A stretch of DNA of 64,000 bases, taken from contig DAIMCS010000001.1 in NCBI GenBank assembly GCA_036726225.1, forward strand, positions 333,856 through 397,855, given 5' to 3'. This document shows positions 27,811-37,034 of the stretch, one piece after another; the stretch's first letter is position 1, and the number at the start of each line of letters is the position of its first letter. A program made the translations under genes and the position numbers. The stretch comes from Patescibacteria group bacterium. GTDB lineage: Bacteria > Patescibacteriota > Doudnabacteria > UBA920. The notes beneath the pieces are model-generated. The model had not been told where the DNA came from, searched no databases, and saw only the letters and a program-made list of their open reading frames with translations.

Positions 27811-27834
27811 CATTGGTGATTATTATCACCAATG
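27811..27834. promoter_or_regulatory. perfect 10-4-10 inverted repeat CATTGGTGAT-tatt-ATCACCAATG between divergent genes; candidate TrmB operator
   Basis: The arms are exact reverse complements. The site lies 15 nt upstream of the TrmB-family regulator start and upstream of the divergent 27348-27734 gene. Confidence 0.6.
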
Positions 27835-27848
27835 GCTAAAATAACATA

Positions 27849-28604
27849 ATGTTTACTGAAGTTTTTGAAGAAATAGGGCTTTCGCCCAATGAAGCTAAAA
27901 TTTACGAAACCCTGCTTTCAGCAGGGGAAATTGGCGTTGCGGAAATATCACTAAAAGCCAACGTCCATCGCCGCAATGTCTACGATGCCTTAAATCGTTT
28001 AGTAGAGAAAGGCTTGGTTTTTCGTATTTTCCAAAAAGGTGAACATCAATTTAGAGCCGTCACACCAGACAAGCTGTCTGAAGTTTTAGAAAGCAAACAA
28101 AAGAAACTTTCTCAAATTTTACCGCAGCTAAATAATTTATACCAAAGCAAACCTGTTAATGAGGCCGCATTTATCTACAAAGGTAAGGAAGGCTATAAAA
28201 ATTATTTGCGGGATATGACCAGGGTTGCGGAGGATACTTACTTTTTAGGGGCAAAAGGTTTATGGTTTACGCCTTGGGTGGAAAAACAATACCTTCAGGA
28301 TTATCAGGATGCGATGAAACGAAAAGGTAAAAAATATTATACGCTTTATGATCCTCGGGTAAAAGAAAAATTGCCTCAAGCCTTAAAAAACGTGGGCGGA
28401 GAGTATAAAATTTTGCCAAAAAAATACGCGGCTCCGGGAGTAACCGACGTGTTTGGTGATTATGTGGTAACTTTTACCAGCGTAGATGTAGGTAATTTTG
28501 GCGAAGACGGCACAATTTTTGTGATGATCAATCCGCAATTGGCGGAAACCTATAGAATATGGTTTAAGCTTATTTGGGATTTCAGCCCTAACGAGAAAAA
28601 GTGA
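27849..28604 (+). CDS. TrmB-family transcriptional regulator (wHTH plus a C-terminal effector domain)
   Basis: N-terminal GLSPNEAKIYETLLSAGEIGVAEISLKANVHRRNVYDALNRLVEKGLV matches the TrmB-type winged helix. 251 aa. Confidence 0.6.
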   Translation: MFTEVFEEIGLSPNEAKIYETLLSAGEIGVAEISLKANVHRRNVYDALNRLVEKGLVFRIFQKGEHQFRAVTPDKLSEVLESKQKKLSQILPQLNNLYQSKPVNEAAFIYKGKEGYKNYLRDMTRVAEDTYFLGAKGLWFTPWVEKQYLQDYQDAMKRKGKKYYTLYDPRVKEKLPQALKNVGGEYKILPKKYAAPGVTDVFGDYVVTFTSVDVGNFGEDGTIFVMINPQLAETYRIWFKLIWDFSPNEKK

Positions 28605-28638
28605 TAATCACTTAGTTTTGTGCTATAATTAAAGAAAT

Positions 28639-28854
28639 ATGAAAATCCAATACAGCCCGCACGCCAAAAAGCGCTTGAAACAGAGAGGCATTACAAAAGA
28701 CCAGGCGAGGCTTGCTGTTTTAAATTCCGACTATGCGCAACAGACAGATAGAAATAGAATTATTGCAAGAAAAAAACTAAATGGAAAAACCTTAGAAATT
28801 ATTTACGTGAAAGAAAATGGAAAAATAATCGTTATAACTTTATATTACTTATGA
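28639..28854 (+). CDS. DUF4258-like putative toxin
   Basis: Reads MKIQYSPHAKKRLKQRGITKDQARLAV... (71 aa). It overlaps the next gene by 4 nt (ATGA). Confidence 0.45.
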   Translation: MKIQYSPHAKKRLKQRGITKDQARLAVLNSDYAQQTDRNRIIARKKLNGKTLEIIYVKENGKIIVITLYYL

Positions 28855-29081
28855 CCTCCCCATTACAAAAAATTGAATATGATAAAACTATAGACGCCTT
28901 GTATGTTTATGCTGGTTCGGCTGCTAAGAAAGTTTATAAGACTATTAAATTAAATAGTCGAGTTTTGTTTGACATAGATAAAAAAGGGAAAATTGTGGGG
29001 ATTGAGGTTTTAGATGCCTCCAAACCCTGGAAGTTGCCTTTTAAGAAATCAAACTATAAAAGACACTTAGTAGAAGTATAA
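28851..29081 (+). CDS. DUF2283-like putative antitoxin partner
   Basis: Reads IEYDKTIDALYVYAG...FDIDKKGKIVGIEVLDASK (76 aa). The family pattern is recalled from memory. Confidence 0.45.
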   Translation: MTSPLQKIEYDKTIDALYVYAGSAAKKVYKTIKLNSRVLFDIDKKGKIVGIEVLDASKPWKLPFKKSNYKRHLVEV

Positions 29082-29105
29082 GTCAGATCTAAAAAACAAA
29101 AACAA

Positions 29106-29648
29106 ATGTCAGTTTCCGACGCCAACCAATTAATCCATAACTTTAACTGGTACACGCCCTCTTGGGATTTGTTCATTATTTTGGTATGGGCGGTAGTCAG
29201 TCTTTTTTATGCTTTTGCCGCCGGCCGGGGGAGAGTAATTGCGCTTTTGTTTAGCCTGTATACCACCAAACTTTTAGTGCTCCAGGCGCCCTGGCTGACC
29301 AATGCTTTAAATAACCAGTTGCCTAATACCTTAAGTGCCATTCAGCAGTTGGTCACTTTTTTAATAGTTTTTGTATTTGTTTTTATTCTGCTTTCCCGTT
29401 ATGCTTTCCGCACAGCAGCTGACAGCAGGCGTTTTGGGTCAATTCCTTTTCTGATAATATTTTCGTTTTTGCAGATGGGTTTGCTTATAAACACTATTTT
29501 AAGTTTCTTGTCGCTTTCCGGCAGAACTTTTTCACCTTTAATAACTTTAATTTTTATTTCCAGTGTCGCCAATTTTGTTTGGCTTATTGCTCCTTTGGTC
29601 TTTTTGGTATTTTTAGGCAGAGCAGTTTCCCACCATTCCGAAGAGTAA
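29106..29648 (+). CDS. hypothetical polytopic membrane protein (CvpA-like?)
   Basis: 180 aa with 4-5 transmembrane helices. It is followed by the bidirectional terminator AAAAATTCCCG...CGGGAATTTTTTT at 29737-29775. Confidence 0.35.
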   Translation: MSVSDANQLIHNFNWYTPSWDLFIILVWAVVSLFYAFAAGRGRVIALLFSLYTTKLLVLQAPWLTNALNNQLPNTLSAIQQLVTFLIVFVFVFILLSRYAFRTAADSRRFGSIPFLIIFSFLQMGLLINTILSFLSLSGRTFSPLITLIFISSVANFVWLIAPLVFLVFLGRAVSHHSEE

Positions 29649-29719
29649 AAAATATTCTTCGACCTTGTGGAGAAGATTTATTTTACTAAATAACAGGTTC
29701 TCGACAGGTTCGAACACTA

Positions 29720-30607
29720 TTATTTAACCTGCCATCTGGCAAAAATTCCCGTTGAAATCATCCGGGAATTTTTTTGTTTAAGACAGAGTTCCCCAAACTC
29801 AACCTTACCCGGTTTTGATTGTAAGGCATCGGCCAGTAAATTATTTAAGGCTAAAGCCGAAGAATTGGTGGCGTAACCGTTTATGATAAGAAATTTTGCT
29901 TCTTCCGAAAGAAGCTGAACGCAATCGTTTAAAAGCCCCGGTAAGTCATCATTAAATTTCCAGGTTTTGCCCGTGGGGGAGTGGCCAAAAGCCGGCGGGT
30001 CCATAATTATTCCGTCATATTTTGCGCCGCGTTTAACCTCACGTTTAACAAATTTTACGCAGTCATCCAAAATCCACCTTACGGAATCTGCCGGTAAATT
30101 ATTTAATTTATGATTTTCATTCGCCCAGGTAATAGCGGGCTTGCTGGCATCCACGTGCGTTACTATACATCCTGCCTTAGCCAGTACCATTGTCGCGCCG
30201 CCGGTATACGCAAAAAGGTTTAGGATTTTTAACTTGTCACTTGTCACTTTTAACTTGTCACTCATAAACTCCCACTGCGCGGCTTGTTCAGCAAATAGGC
30301 CTGTGTGTTTGAAAGGAGAGAGTTTGAGAGAAAATTTAACGTTATCGAAAACTACCATCCACGGCCGTGGCATTGGCTTTTTAATTTCCCAGTTTCCGCG
30401 TTCTTCCGTGTTAGATTCCGCGTGCTTTCCGCGACTTCTATAAACTGCCCAGGCTTTGTCCCATTGAGCATCGGGCAAAGATTTTTCCCAGATAATTTGC
30501 GGGTCCGGGCGCTGTAAAATAACATCACCCCATCGCTCAAGGCGAAAGCCCGATCCCGTGTCTAAAAGTTCAAAATCCCCAAAATCTTTAAAAGTTTCCA
30601 GCAGCAT
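29720..30607 (-). CDS. class I SAM-dependent rRNA methyltransferase (RlmI/YccW-like) carrying an in-frame tandem 21-nt insertion
   Basis: LNLFAYTGGATMVLAKAGC (SAM-binding motif I region) and GIIMDPPAFG (the DPPxF motif IV) are present. The segment AQWEFMSDKLKVTSDKLKILNLF has about 7 residues more than the corresponding E. coli RlmI segment (recalled from memory). Confidence 0.7.
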   Translation of the reverse strand: MLLETFKDFGDFELLDTGSGFRLERWGDVILQRPDPQIIWEKSLPDAQWDKAWAVYRSRGKHAESNTEERGNWEIKKPMPRPWMVVFDNVKFSLKLSPFKHTGLFAEQAAQWEFMSDKLKVTSDKLKILNLFAYTGGATMVLAKAGCIVTHVDASKPAITWANENHKLNNLPADSVRWILDDCVKFVKREVKRGAKYDGIIMDPPAFGHSPTGKTWKFNDDLPGLLNDCVQLLSEEAKFLIINGYATNSSALALNNLLADALQSKPGKVEFGELCLKQKNSRMISTGIFARWQVK

Positions 30608-30981
30608 TACTCTGCGGAAATGTTTGTAAGCGTAAACCCATCCAAGCTGCCTTGATATGCGACTACGACTTGTTTGCCAATAAGGGAGCTAAAGTCGCGG
30701 CTGGTTTTAATGTAAATTGTATGGTCAGGAGTTACCAGCATTAAGTTGCCTTTGGCAGAATTGTCGGAAGTTTTAAGAGTGCCTTTCCATACATTGCCTT
30801 CAGAGCCGCTTGGCTGACCGCTAGGGCTAGGGCTTGGAGAGCTAGTGGAACCTTTGCTACCGTTTTGGGAACCGGTTGAAGGTTTGCCACTTTCGGGCTT
30901 AGAGCTAACAAACCAAATGACAATAATTATTAACACTGCTGCTAAAATGCTGCCATAAGTGGTCTTTTGTTTCTTATTCAT
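30607..30981 (-). CDS. small membrane-anchored Ser/Pro/Gly-rich extracytoplasmic protein
   Basis: Transmembrane helix ILAAVLIIIVIWFV, then GSQNGSKGSTSSPSPSPSGQPSGSEG and a small beta-rich domain. Confidence 0.45.
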   Translation of the reverse strand: MNKKQKTTYGSILAAVLIIIVIWFVSSKPESGKPSTGSQNGSKGSTSSPSPSPSGQPSGSEGNVWKGTLKTSDNSAKGNLMLVTPDHTIYIKTSRDFSSLIGKQVVVAYQGSLDGFTLTNISAE

Positions 30982-31067
30982 AATTGACGCTTAATTGTTT
31001 AGGCCTTAATTATAGCATTTTTTTAAAAAGTACTAGAATTTGAATATACTAAAATTCGGGATAGTTT

Positions 31068-31331
31068 TTATTTTAGATATTCCTTCATCATCTGCCTTAA
31101 TGTAACTTTGCCTTTAGTCGTTTTGAAGTACCGTTCTCTTCTTAGCGCGTCAGTTTTAGATAAAAATGCTTCGTAAAAGATAAGCTCTAAAGGTCTGCGG
31201 TTTTTAGTTGAAATATTTTTTCCTACATTATGGTACTGGATCCTAACTCTAAGATCGTCAGAGTATCCAATATAAAACAGCCTGTCTCTAAGGCTGCGTA
31301 AAATATAAACGTAATGAAATTTTATTGGCAT
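31068..31331 (-). CDS. small GIY-YIG nuclease family protein
   Basis: YVYILRSLRDRLFYIGYSDDLRVRIQYHN...ERYFK matches the GIY-YIG motif pattern. 87 aa. Confidence 0.65.
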   Translation of the reverse strand: MPIKFHYVYILRSLRDRLFYIGYSDDLRVRIQYHNVGKNISTKNRRPLELIFYEAFLSKTDALRRERYFKTTKGKVTLRQMMKEYLK

Positions 31332-31450
31332 TTGTTTATCTCTCCCTTTTTTGCCCTGTACCAGTCAGCTGCGCTTTCCGGTACAGGGCATAAACCACTC
31401 GCCTAACTATGTTTATGGCTGTGCCATAAACCCGAGCGAAGCGAGTGGTT

Positions 31451-31528
31451 TATGGTGGGATGGGAGGGGATCGAACCCTCGACAAACGGCTTAAAAGGCC
31501 GCTGCTCTACCAACTGAGCTACCATCCC
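31451..31528 (-). tRNA. tRNA-Lys (anticodon UUU), CCA encoded; apparently 2 nt longer than canonical between the D and anticodon arms
   Basis: Reverse complement reads GGGATGGTAGCTCAGTTGGTAGAGCAGCGCGGCCTTTTAAGCCGTTTGTCGAGGGTTCGATCCCCTCCCATCCCACCA. The acceptor, D and T arms are canonical and the anticodon loop is CTTTTAA. Confidence 0.7.
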
Positions 31529-31866
31529 GCGTCGTCGCAACAAGCTTCAGGCTTTCGGAATTAACTTAAGTTAATTCCTTACGCCTTTCGCTGTTGCTCC
31601 TCTTCCTCAAAAACGCGTGCTCGTCCCGACATGTCGGGACTGCGCTACTCGTTTTTGAGGGTTGATTAACTAGTGCCTTCCGGCAAGTGGGCCTTATCCC
31701 ACTTTTCCCTTTGGTAAAATTGGGAACCCTGCTAACATTTTATCCCAACACCGCCTTCAGCATTTTTGGGAGTCTGGTGTGGCCTTAATCAAAGTCTATG
31801 ATATTTTACAATATTCGACTGATTTTTTCAATAGCGCTTAGTATTATCCACATTCATTTGAAAATA

Positions 31867-31875
31867 TGGTATAAT
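31867..31875 (+). promoter_or_regulatory. extended -10 promoter element TGGTATAAT upstream of the prepilin gene
   Basis: TGnTATAAT lies 32 nt upstream of the ATG (31907). The ribosome-binding site GAGGGG follows. Confidence 0.4.
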
Positions 31876-31906
31876 GTACAGGAAATGCACAAGTGAGGGG
31901 ATTTAA

Positions 31907-32428
31907 ATGTTGAAACAAAAAATCAAACACAAAAAATTGAAAAAATACCCGAATCTTACCCAGACAACACCTAACGGCGCTTCCGGGTTTACTTTAATTG
32001 AATTGCTCGTGGTAATTGCCATTATTTCATTGCTATCGGCCATTGCTTTAGTGGCTTTGCAGTCCAGCAGGCAAAAGGGCAGGGATGTGAAAAGATTGAG
32101 CGATATGACCCAAATGGCCACGGCAATGGAACTTTATTTTAACACCCACAAAGGCTATCCAAGCTACCCGACAGACCTGGTACCCAACTTTACTTCGGGC
32201 ATGGTTACCGACCCGATACCCGCTGACGGCGCTTGCCCCAACCTTATTTACCCGCTTACTTCCGAAATAGCCGACAGCTATTATTATTACCCGAGTCCTA
32301 CCGGCGGGTCTTACGTAATAGACGGTGTGACAGTGTTCCCGGACTATTTGTACTATTTTTGTTTAGGCAACGTAACCGGCAGCTTTCCGCCGGGCATTCA
32401 CTACATTTCGCCCAGAGGTGTAAGATAA
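31907..32428 (+). CDS. prepilin-type N-terminal cleavage/methylation domain protein (type IV pilin/pseudopilin-like)
   Basis: GASGFTLIELLVVIAIISLLSAIALVAL is a class III signal peptide with the G|FTLIEL motif. Confidence 0.75.
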   Translation: MLKQKIKHKKLKKYPNLTQTTPNGASGFTLIELLVVIAIISLLSAIALVALQSSRQKGRDVKRLSDMTQMATAMELYFNTHKGYPSYPTDLVPNFTSGMVTDPIPADGACPNLIYPLTSEIADSYYYYPSPTGGSYVIDGVTVFPDYLYYFCLGNVTGSFPPGIHYISPRGVR

Positions 32429-32439
32429 TTAAAATCTTA

Positions 32440-32466
32440 ACACCCCTCCGTGGAGGGGTGTTTTTT
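32440..32466 (+). terminator. intrinsic terminator (10-bp perfect stem plus T6)
   Basis: ACACCCCTCCgtGGAGGGGTGTtttttt, immediately after the prepilin stop codon. Confidence 0.75.
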
Positions 32467-32493
32467 ATTGGTAGAAACATTATAATAGTGAAG

Positions 32494-33960
32494 ATGGATC
32501 AATTGAAAGAAATAAAACAGGCCATTTATAAAAAAAGGCCAAAATTGAAAAGAATTATAGACAACAATAAGAGTTTGTCAGTTTTAGATTATGTTCAGGA
32601 TATCATTGTTAATAGTAATAAAGTGTTAGAAGCACGACAAGAAGAAATTTTAGAAGTTATAAGACAGGTTGTGAAAGAATCGTTGGGAGATAGTGTTGCT
32701 TTAAGTGTAAAAGAACAGCTAAAAAAATATTACACGGTTTCTACTGCTGACCATCACGGGCCTTTAATGCACCCTTTTTTTATAAGTTCTAATCTAATAC
32801 AAGGCTGTATAAAAAAAGATGGTTATGAAAATGTTGTTGTTTTGGCATGCGGAAGTATCTCCTTAAATAATTCATCTTACCCCCGTGGATTGATTGCTCA
32901 TATACCAACCAACAGTGGAATTTCTACAGAACATTTTCCACTGTTTCCATGGTCTTTGAGGCAAAGCCCAGTTTTAACACTAAAAGCTTATTCTCATCAA
33001 CAGGTTGACAGTATGTTGCGGTCATTATCAGATAAGCTAAAAAGATCTAGTTTACCCAATGAATTACAACAAGTTTTTTTGGAGAAGGTACAGAGGATTT
33101 ATGCCTCTGACCAAGTTCTAAGTCGTAAATATTTTTCAGAGCAGGTAACAATAACTAATTTTAAACTTTGGAAGGAATTTCCTTCCTATAACGATGACAA
33201 AATACCAAATTTAATTTATTTGGAGCTAGAAGAAATTGTCAGTAGGTTATTATTGAAGTATCATTTATTCCAAGACACTGAAATTAGTAAATTATTTTTT
33301 GACTCCCGCATTCAAGAGAGCTTAATGGAGTTTGCAAACAAAATTCCTGGGGCTTTCTCTTTGGAAGATACTGCAGGCAGTTTTTTATTTTGGGGAGTTG
33401 ATAAAAAAAATAAAAAAAGAGTTTCACTTTGGAAGGCAGGAGATCAATTGGAGTCTTTGGACAAAAGCTTTTTCATTAAGTTAGAACAGGAGGGTTTGGC
33501 AAAAGCATTGTCCGAAAAGAGCATTATTCCGACTTCATTGCTGTGTTTTTTTGTTTTATGTTCTTATTATAAGTTAAAGTGCTTAGGGGGCTTTAGCCAA
33601 ACTACTTATTTGCCTCAAATGTTAGACGCTTATTCAAAAATATTCCAACAAACTAGTATAGATACCCAAAACAAAAGCTTAGCTGAAGGATTTTGTTCTG
33701 ACATGCTTTTGGCTTACGGATCTAACGCAAAAAATGAGATTCTGCCCCTTTATGGGTTAGATATTCTAGCTTATAGTAAGAAAGAGTTTTGGCCTTCATT
33801 CGAAAAAACGGCGGAAAGGTTGCATTTAGAAGAAGCTGTAATGCCTTTATTACCCGATCTTTATAAAATATTGTACTCAGAGCGGAGTGATCTAAAAATA
33901 GAGCAAATTGTCAGAAACCAGTTATTAGTAAATAAAATTGTCCCATGTCTGCAAATTTAA
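32494..33960 (+). CDS. hypothetical 489-aa protein of unknown function. Start taken at MDQLKE; the ORF-track start 32233 overlaps the pilin gene and the terminator
   Basis: A -10 TATAAT at 32481 and an ATG at 32494 are consistent with this start. No family recognised (it contains ...YYTVSTADHHGPLMHPFFISSNLIQG...). It overlaps the next gene by 16 nt, which suggests translational coupling. Confidence 0.55.
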   Translation: MDQLKEIKQAIYKKRPKLKRIIDNNKSLSVLDYVQDIIVNSNKVLEARQEEILEVIRQVVKESLGDSVALSVKEQLKKYYTVSTADHHGPLMHPFFISSNLIQGCIKKDGYENVVVLACGSISLNNSSYPRGLIAHIPTNSGISTEHFPLFPWSLRQSPVLTLKAYSHQQVDSMLRSLSDKLKRSSLPNELQQVFLEKVQRIYASDQVLSRKYFSEQVTITNFKLWKEFPSYNDDKIPNLIYLELEEIVSRLLLKYHLFQDTEISKLFFDSRIQESLMEFANKIPGAFSLEDTAGSFLFWGVDKKNKKRVSLWKAGDQLESLDKSFFIKLEQEGLAKALSEKSIIPTSLLCFFVLCSYYKLKCLGGFSQTTYLPQMLDAYSKIFQQTSIDTQNKSLAEGFCSDMLLAYGSNAKNEILPLYGLDILAYSKKEFWPSFEKTAERLHLEEAVMPLLPDLYKILYSERSDLKIEQIVRNQLLVNKIVPCLQI

Positions 33961-34703
33961 TTAAATTTTATAAGTATTCCCCAGGAGGCAATATCACTGC
34001 TTTAATATTGGGTTCAAAGAGTCCTAAGGAGAATTCTCGCGTTGCACGGAAGGTAATGAAAAGTGAAAAGGAAGTTGAGCAGGTGGCTTTTTTAAACCCT
34101 AAACTCGGTAATAAAATTTTTTTGCGTATGATGGGTAATGAGTTCTGTTTGAACGCAGCTCGAGTAGCTGGGGCTTATTATTTTGATAAAACTAAGAAAA
34201 CAGTTGTAAAAATTCAAGTGTCGGGTTTTGCAAAAGCTTTAGAAATAAATAAAAAACCGGGCAATATAATTTCAGCTAGGGTGCCGATGCAAATTTTAAA
34301 GAGAAATAATCAATTAGAAAAAGGCTGGTTAGTTGAGTTGGAAGGGATTAAATATTTTATAGGGTTCAATCTTAAAAATTTTGAAAAAGATATGAGGGGA
34401 ATCATAAAAGCATACAAGCGGAATAGCCCCGCCATGGGCGTAATTAATGTTTTTAAAAATGAAAATTTATATTTTATAAAGCCTGTGGTATGGGTAAAAC
34501 TTACAAATTCTTTGACTCACGAAACAGCTTGTGCTTCAGGTAGTGTTGCAGTGGCTTTAGTATTGAAGCAGATTGAGAAAAAGAAAAGTTATTTTTCTTT
34601 AATTCAACCGAGCGGGGTATCCTACAAAATTAACTTGTCAAAAAAATATGTCACTGTTAGTAGCAGGGTTAAGAATATGGGTATCAAACAAATTACGGCT
34701 TGA
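33945..34703 (+). CDS. DapF-fold protein (diaminopimelate epimerase/PhzF/proline-racemase superfamily), possibly dapF
   Basis: The second catalytic-Cys motif THETACASGSVAVALV parallels DapF GETQACGSGACAAVAV. The first half, GGNITALIL...MMGNEFCLNAARVAGAYYF, loosely parallels GLGNDFMVVD...CGNGARCFARF. Confidence 0.45.
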   Translation: MSANLIKFYKYSPGGNITALILGSKSPKENSRVARKVMKSEKEVEQVAFLNPKLGNKIFLRMMGNEFCLNAARVAGAYYFDKTKKTVVKIQVSGFAKALEINKKPGNIISARVPMQILKRNNQLEKGWLVELEGIKYFIGFNLKNFEKDMRGIIKAYKRNSPAMGVINVFKNENLYFIKPVVWVKLTNSLTHETACASGSVAVALVLKQIEKKKSYFSLIQPSGVSYKINLSKKYVTVSSRVKNMGIKQITA

Positions 34704-34748
34704 TATAATTAGCATGCTAAGTTAGAATATTTAAATAAGATACATTTT

Positions 34749-35468
34749 GTGGCAAATTTAATTAAAATCGCGAATTTAAAGAAAGACTATAAAAATGATG
34801 ATGTAATTACGCCTGTGCTCCACGGCGTGTCTTTTTCTATAGACGCCGGCGAATTTGTGGCCATAATGGGACCTTCGGGCTCGGGCAAGTCTACCTTAAT
34901 GCACATTTTAAGTTTTTTGGACCGTCCCACGGCCGGGCTTTACGAATTTAAAGGCAAAAATACCAAAGAGTTTGCAGACGAATATTTAGCCGAGCTGCGC
35001 AACACCGAAGTCGGTTTTGTTTTTCAAAGTTTTAATTTGCTTGCCAGAACCACGGTTTTAGATAACGTAAAACTGCCGCTTATTTACAGTAAGAAAAAAA
35101 ACCACGACGAACTCGCCAAAAGAGCTTTGGATGCTGTTGGCCTGTCTCACCGCCTAAATTATTTTACCAATCAAATTTCCGGCGGTGAAAAACAGCGCGT
35201 GGCTATTGCCCGGGCTTTAGTAAATGACCCGGCGGTAATTTTTGCAGACGAGCCCACCGGCAATTTGGATTCCAGAAGCGGCAATATTGTTATGGAGATT
35301 TTACAGAAATTAAACGAACAAGGCCGCACAATCATCCTTGTCACTCACGAACAGGACACGGCTAACCACGCTAAAAGAATTATCCGCCTTAAAGACGGCA
35401 ATATTGTGAGTGATGAGAAGGTTACTAATCGTACTATTGCGACAGATGGCAAAGTCCTTGTGAAATAA
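34749..35468 (+). CDS. ABC transporter ATP-binding protein, MacB/LolD/FtsE-like
   Basis: Walker [11 protein letters not shown]-loop, signature [15 protein letters not shown] and Walker [12 protein letters not shown]. Confidence 0.85.
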   Translation: MANLIKIANLKKDYKNDDVITPVLHGVSFSIDAGEFVAIMGPSGSGKSTLMHILSFLDRPTAGLYEFKGKNTKEFADEYLAELRNTEVGFVFQSFNLLARTTVLDNVKLPLIYSKKKNHDELAKRALDAVGLSHRLNYFTNQISGGEKQRVAIARALVNDPAVIFADEPTGNLDSRSGNIVMEILQKLNEQGRTIILVTHEQDTANHAKRIIRLKDGNIVSDEKVTNRTIATDGKVLVK

Positions 35469-35476
35469 AAGTTTAT

Positions 35477-35500
35477 GGCGCGGTACTCAAGGCCCGCGCC
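35477..35500. terminator. GC hairpin GGCGCGG-N10-CCGCGCC between convergent genes (no clear U-run)
   Basis: A 7-bp perfect stem lies between the ABC ATPase stop and the stop of the - strand small gene. Confidence 0.3.
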
Positions 35501-35511
35501 ACGGTTTGATG

Positions 35512-35715
35512 TTATGAAATCTCCTCCTTTAGGGCAATTGCTGCGATTAGGCAAATGGTGCCAAAGGCGCCGGCAGAAAGATATCCTATTACGCCTGCTG
35601 CCTGTTTAAGCCAAACGGCCCAGTTAATACAGGCTAAGACCACAGGGTGCAAAGCGTAAGCCAGCGTCATCAAAGCTAATAGAAAACATCCGTACATCAG
35701 TGCCTTCTTTGTCAT
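35512..35715 (-). CDS. small two-transmembrane protein encoded antisense between the ABC ATPase and permease genes
   Basis: Reverse strand reads ACGGAGGGAAGCA ATG ACA AAG AAG GCA, giving MTKKALMYGCFLLALMTLAYALHPVVLACINWAVWLKQAAGVIGYLSAGAFGTICLIAAIALKEEIS. The Shine-Dalgarno GGAGGG is 6 nt upstream. Confidence 0.45.
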   Translation of the reverse strand: MTKKALMYGCFLLALMTLAYALHPVVLACINWAVWLKQAAGVIGYLSAGAFGTICLIAAIALKEEIS

Positions 35716-35762
35716 TGCTTCCCTCCGTAATTATTATAGTGTCTTTGTTAGTTTTATCCAAG

Positions 35763-37034
35763 ATGAATTTTCTCAGCACAATTAAACTGGTATTCCGCAC
35801 ATTGCTTGCCAGAAAAGGCAGGTCGTTTTTAACCATTTTAGGAATTGTTATTGGCGTGGCCGGGGTAATCATAATCATCGCTTTAGGGGCCGGTGCGCAG
35901 TCATTAGTTTTAGGGCAAGTTACCAAGCTCGGATCCAACTTGCTTTACGTTGAACCCTGGAAAGGTGACCCCAACGGCCCGCCCAGCCAGCTTTTTGGGC
36001 TGGTAATTACCACCTTAACCAGTGAGGACGCGCAGGCCCTTCGTGACACTTCCAGGGTGCCGCACGCAGAAGCAGTCAATGCTTCGGTTATTGGTTCGGC
36101 TACAGTTGCGTGGGGCTCTGAAAGTGTGGACACAAATTTTACCGGGACAGATTACAATTATCCTAAAATAATTAACTTCACCATGCGCAGAGGGGATTTT
36201 TTTTCGGAAAGCGAGGAGCGGGGTAATGCTAACGTTGTGGTGCTCGGTTCGGTTGTGGCCGACGAACTCTTTGGGCCCTCAGGTCAAGATCCTGTCGGGC
36301 AGGTTGTGAAAGTAAAAAGTTCTTCGCAAAAAGATCCAGGAGGAATACCGTTGCGGGTTGTGGGGGTAATTAACGAACGCGGCAGCGCTTTTTTCCAAAA
36401 CCAGGATGATTTTATTTTTATGCCGCTTGAAATTGCCCAAAAGCAAATTTTGGGAATTAATTATTTGCAAGGCATAGGCATAAAGGTGGACCGGGCCGAA
36501 AATGTGGACCAGACAAGCGAGGATATAAGTGCTCTTATGAAGGAACGGCACCATATTTTAGAGGAGGAAGATTTGGACTTTACCATAAGAAACCAAGCCG
36601 AAGCCATAAGTATTTTTAGCTCAATTACCAGCGCTTTGAGTTTGTTTTTGACAGCGATGGCGGCCATTTCATTAATTGTCGGCGGCATTGGCATTTTAAA
36701 TATTATGATGGTCACAGTTGCCGAGCGCACGAGGGAAATTGGCCTGCGCAAAGCGGTCGGCGCTTCCAACTCCGCTATCCGTAACCAATTTTTGCTCGAG
36801 TCCGGGACCCTGACGCTTTTGGGGGGAGTAATTGGCATTATTGTCGGCATAATTGTCTCCTACCTTGTTTCTATTTTAATGAAAGCTTTGGGTTATGATT
36901 GGGCGTTTGTTGTTTCTGTTTTATCAATTATTTTGGCGGTGGGTGTTTCCATTTTAACCGGCGTGGTGTTTGGGCTGTATCCGGCTTTTAAGGCCTCACG
37001 CCTAAACCCCATTGAGGCGCTAAGATATGAATAG
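35763..37034 (+). CDS. ABC transporter permease, MacB/FtsX family with a large periplasmic domain (start at MNFLST)
   Basis: An N-terminal transmembrane helix, then a MacB-like periplasmic core, then the FtsX 3-TM module ...GGIGILNIMMVTVAERTREIGLRKAVGA... Confidence 0.8.
   Translation: MNFLSTIKLVFRTLLARKGRSFLTILGIVIGVAGVIIIIALGAGAQSLVLGQVTKLGSNLLYVEPWKGDPNGPPSQLFGLVITTLTSEDAQALRDTSRVPHAEAVNASVIGSATVAWGSESVDTNFTGTDYNYPKIINFTMRRGDFFSESEERGNANVVVLGSVVADELFGPSGQDPVGQVVKVKSSSQKDPGGIPLRVVGVINERGSAFFQNQDDFIFMPLEIAQKQILGINYLQGIGIKVDRAENVDQTSEDISALMKERHHILEEEDLDFTIRNQAEAISIFSSITSALSLFLTAMAAISLIVGGIGILNIMMVTVAERTREIGLRKAVGASNSAIRNQFLLESGTLTLLGGVIGIIVGIIVSYLVSILMKALGYDWAFVVSVLSIILAVGVSILTGVVFGLYPAFKASRLNPIEALRYE

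Noticed and set aside
32233-32493. The upstream extension of the 575-aa ORF overlapping the prepilin gene
   Set aside because: It would read through the pilin 3' end and a 10-bp-stem terminator. A -10 box and an ATG at 32494 give a sensible start.
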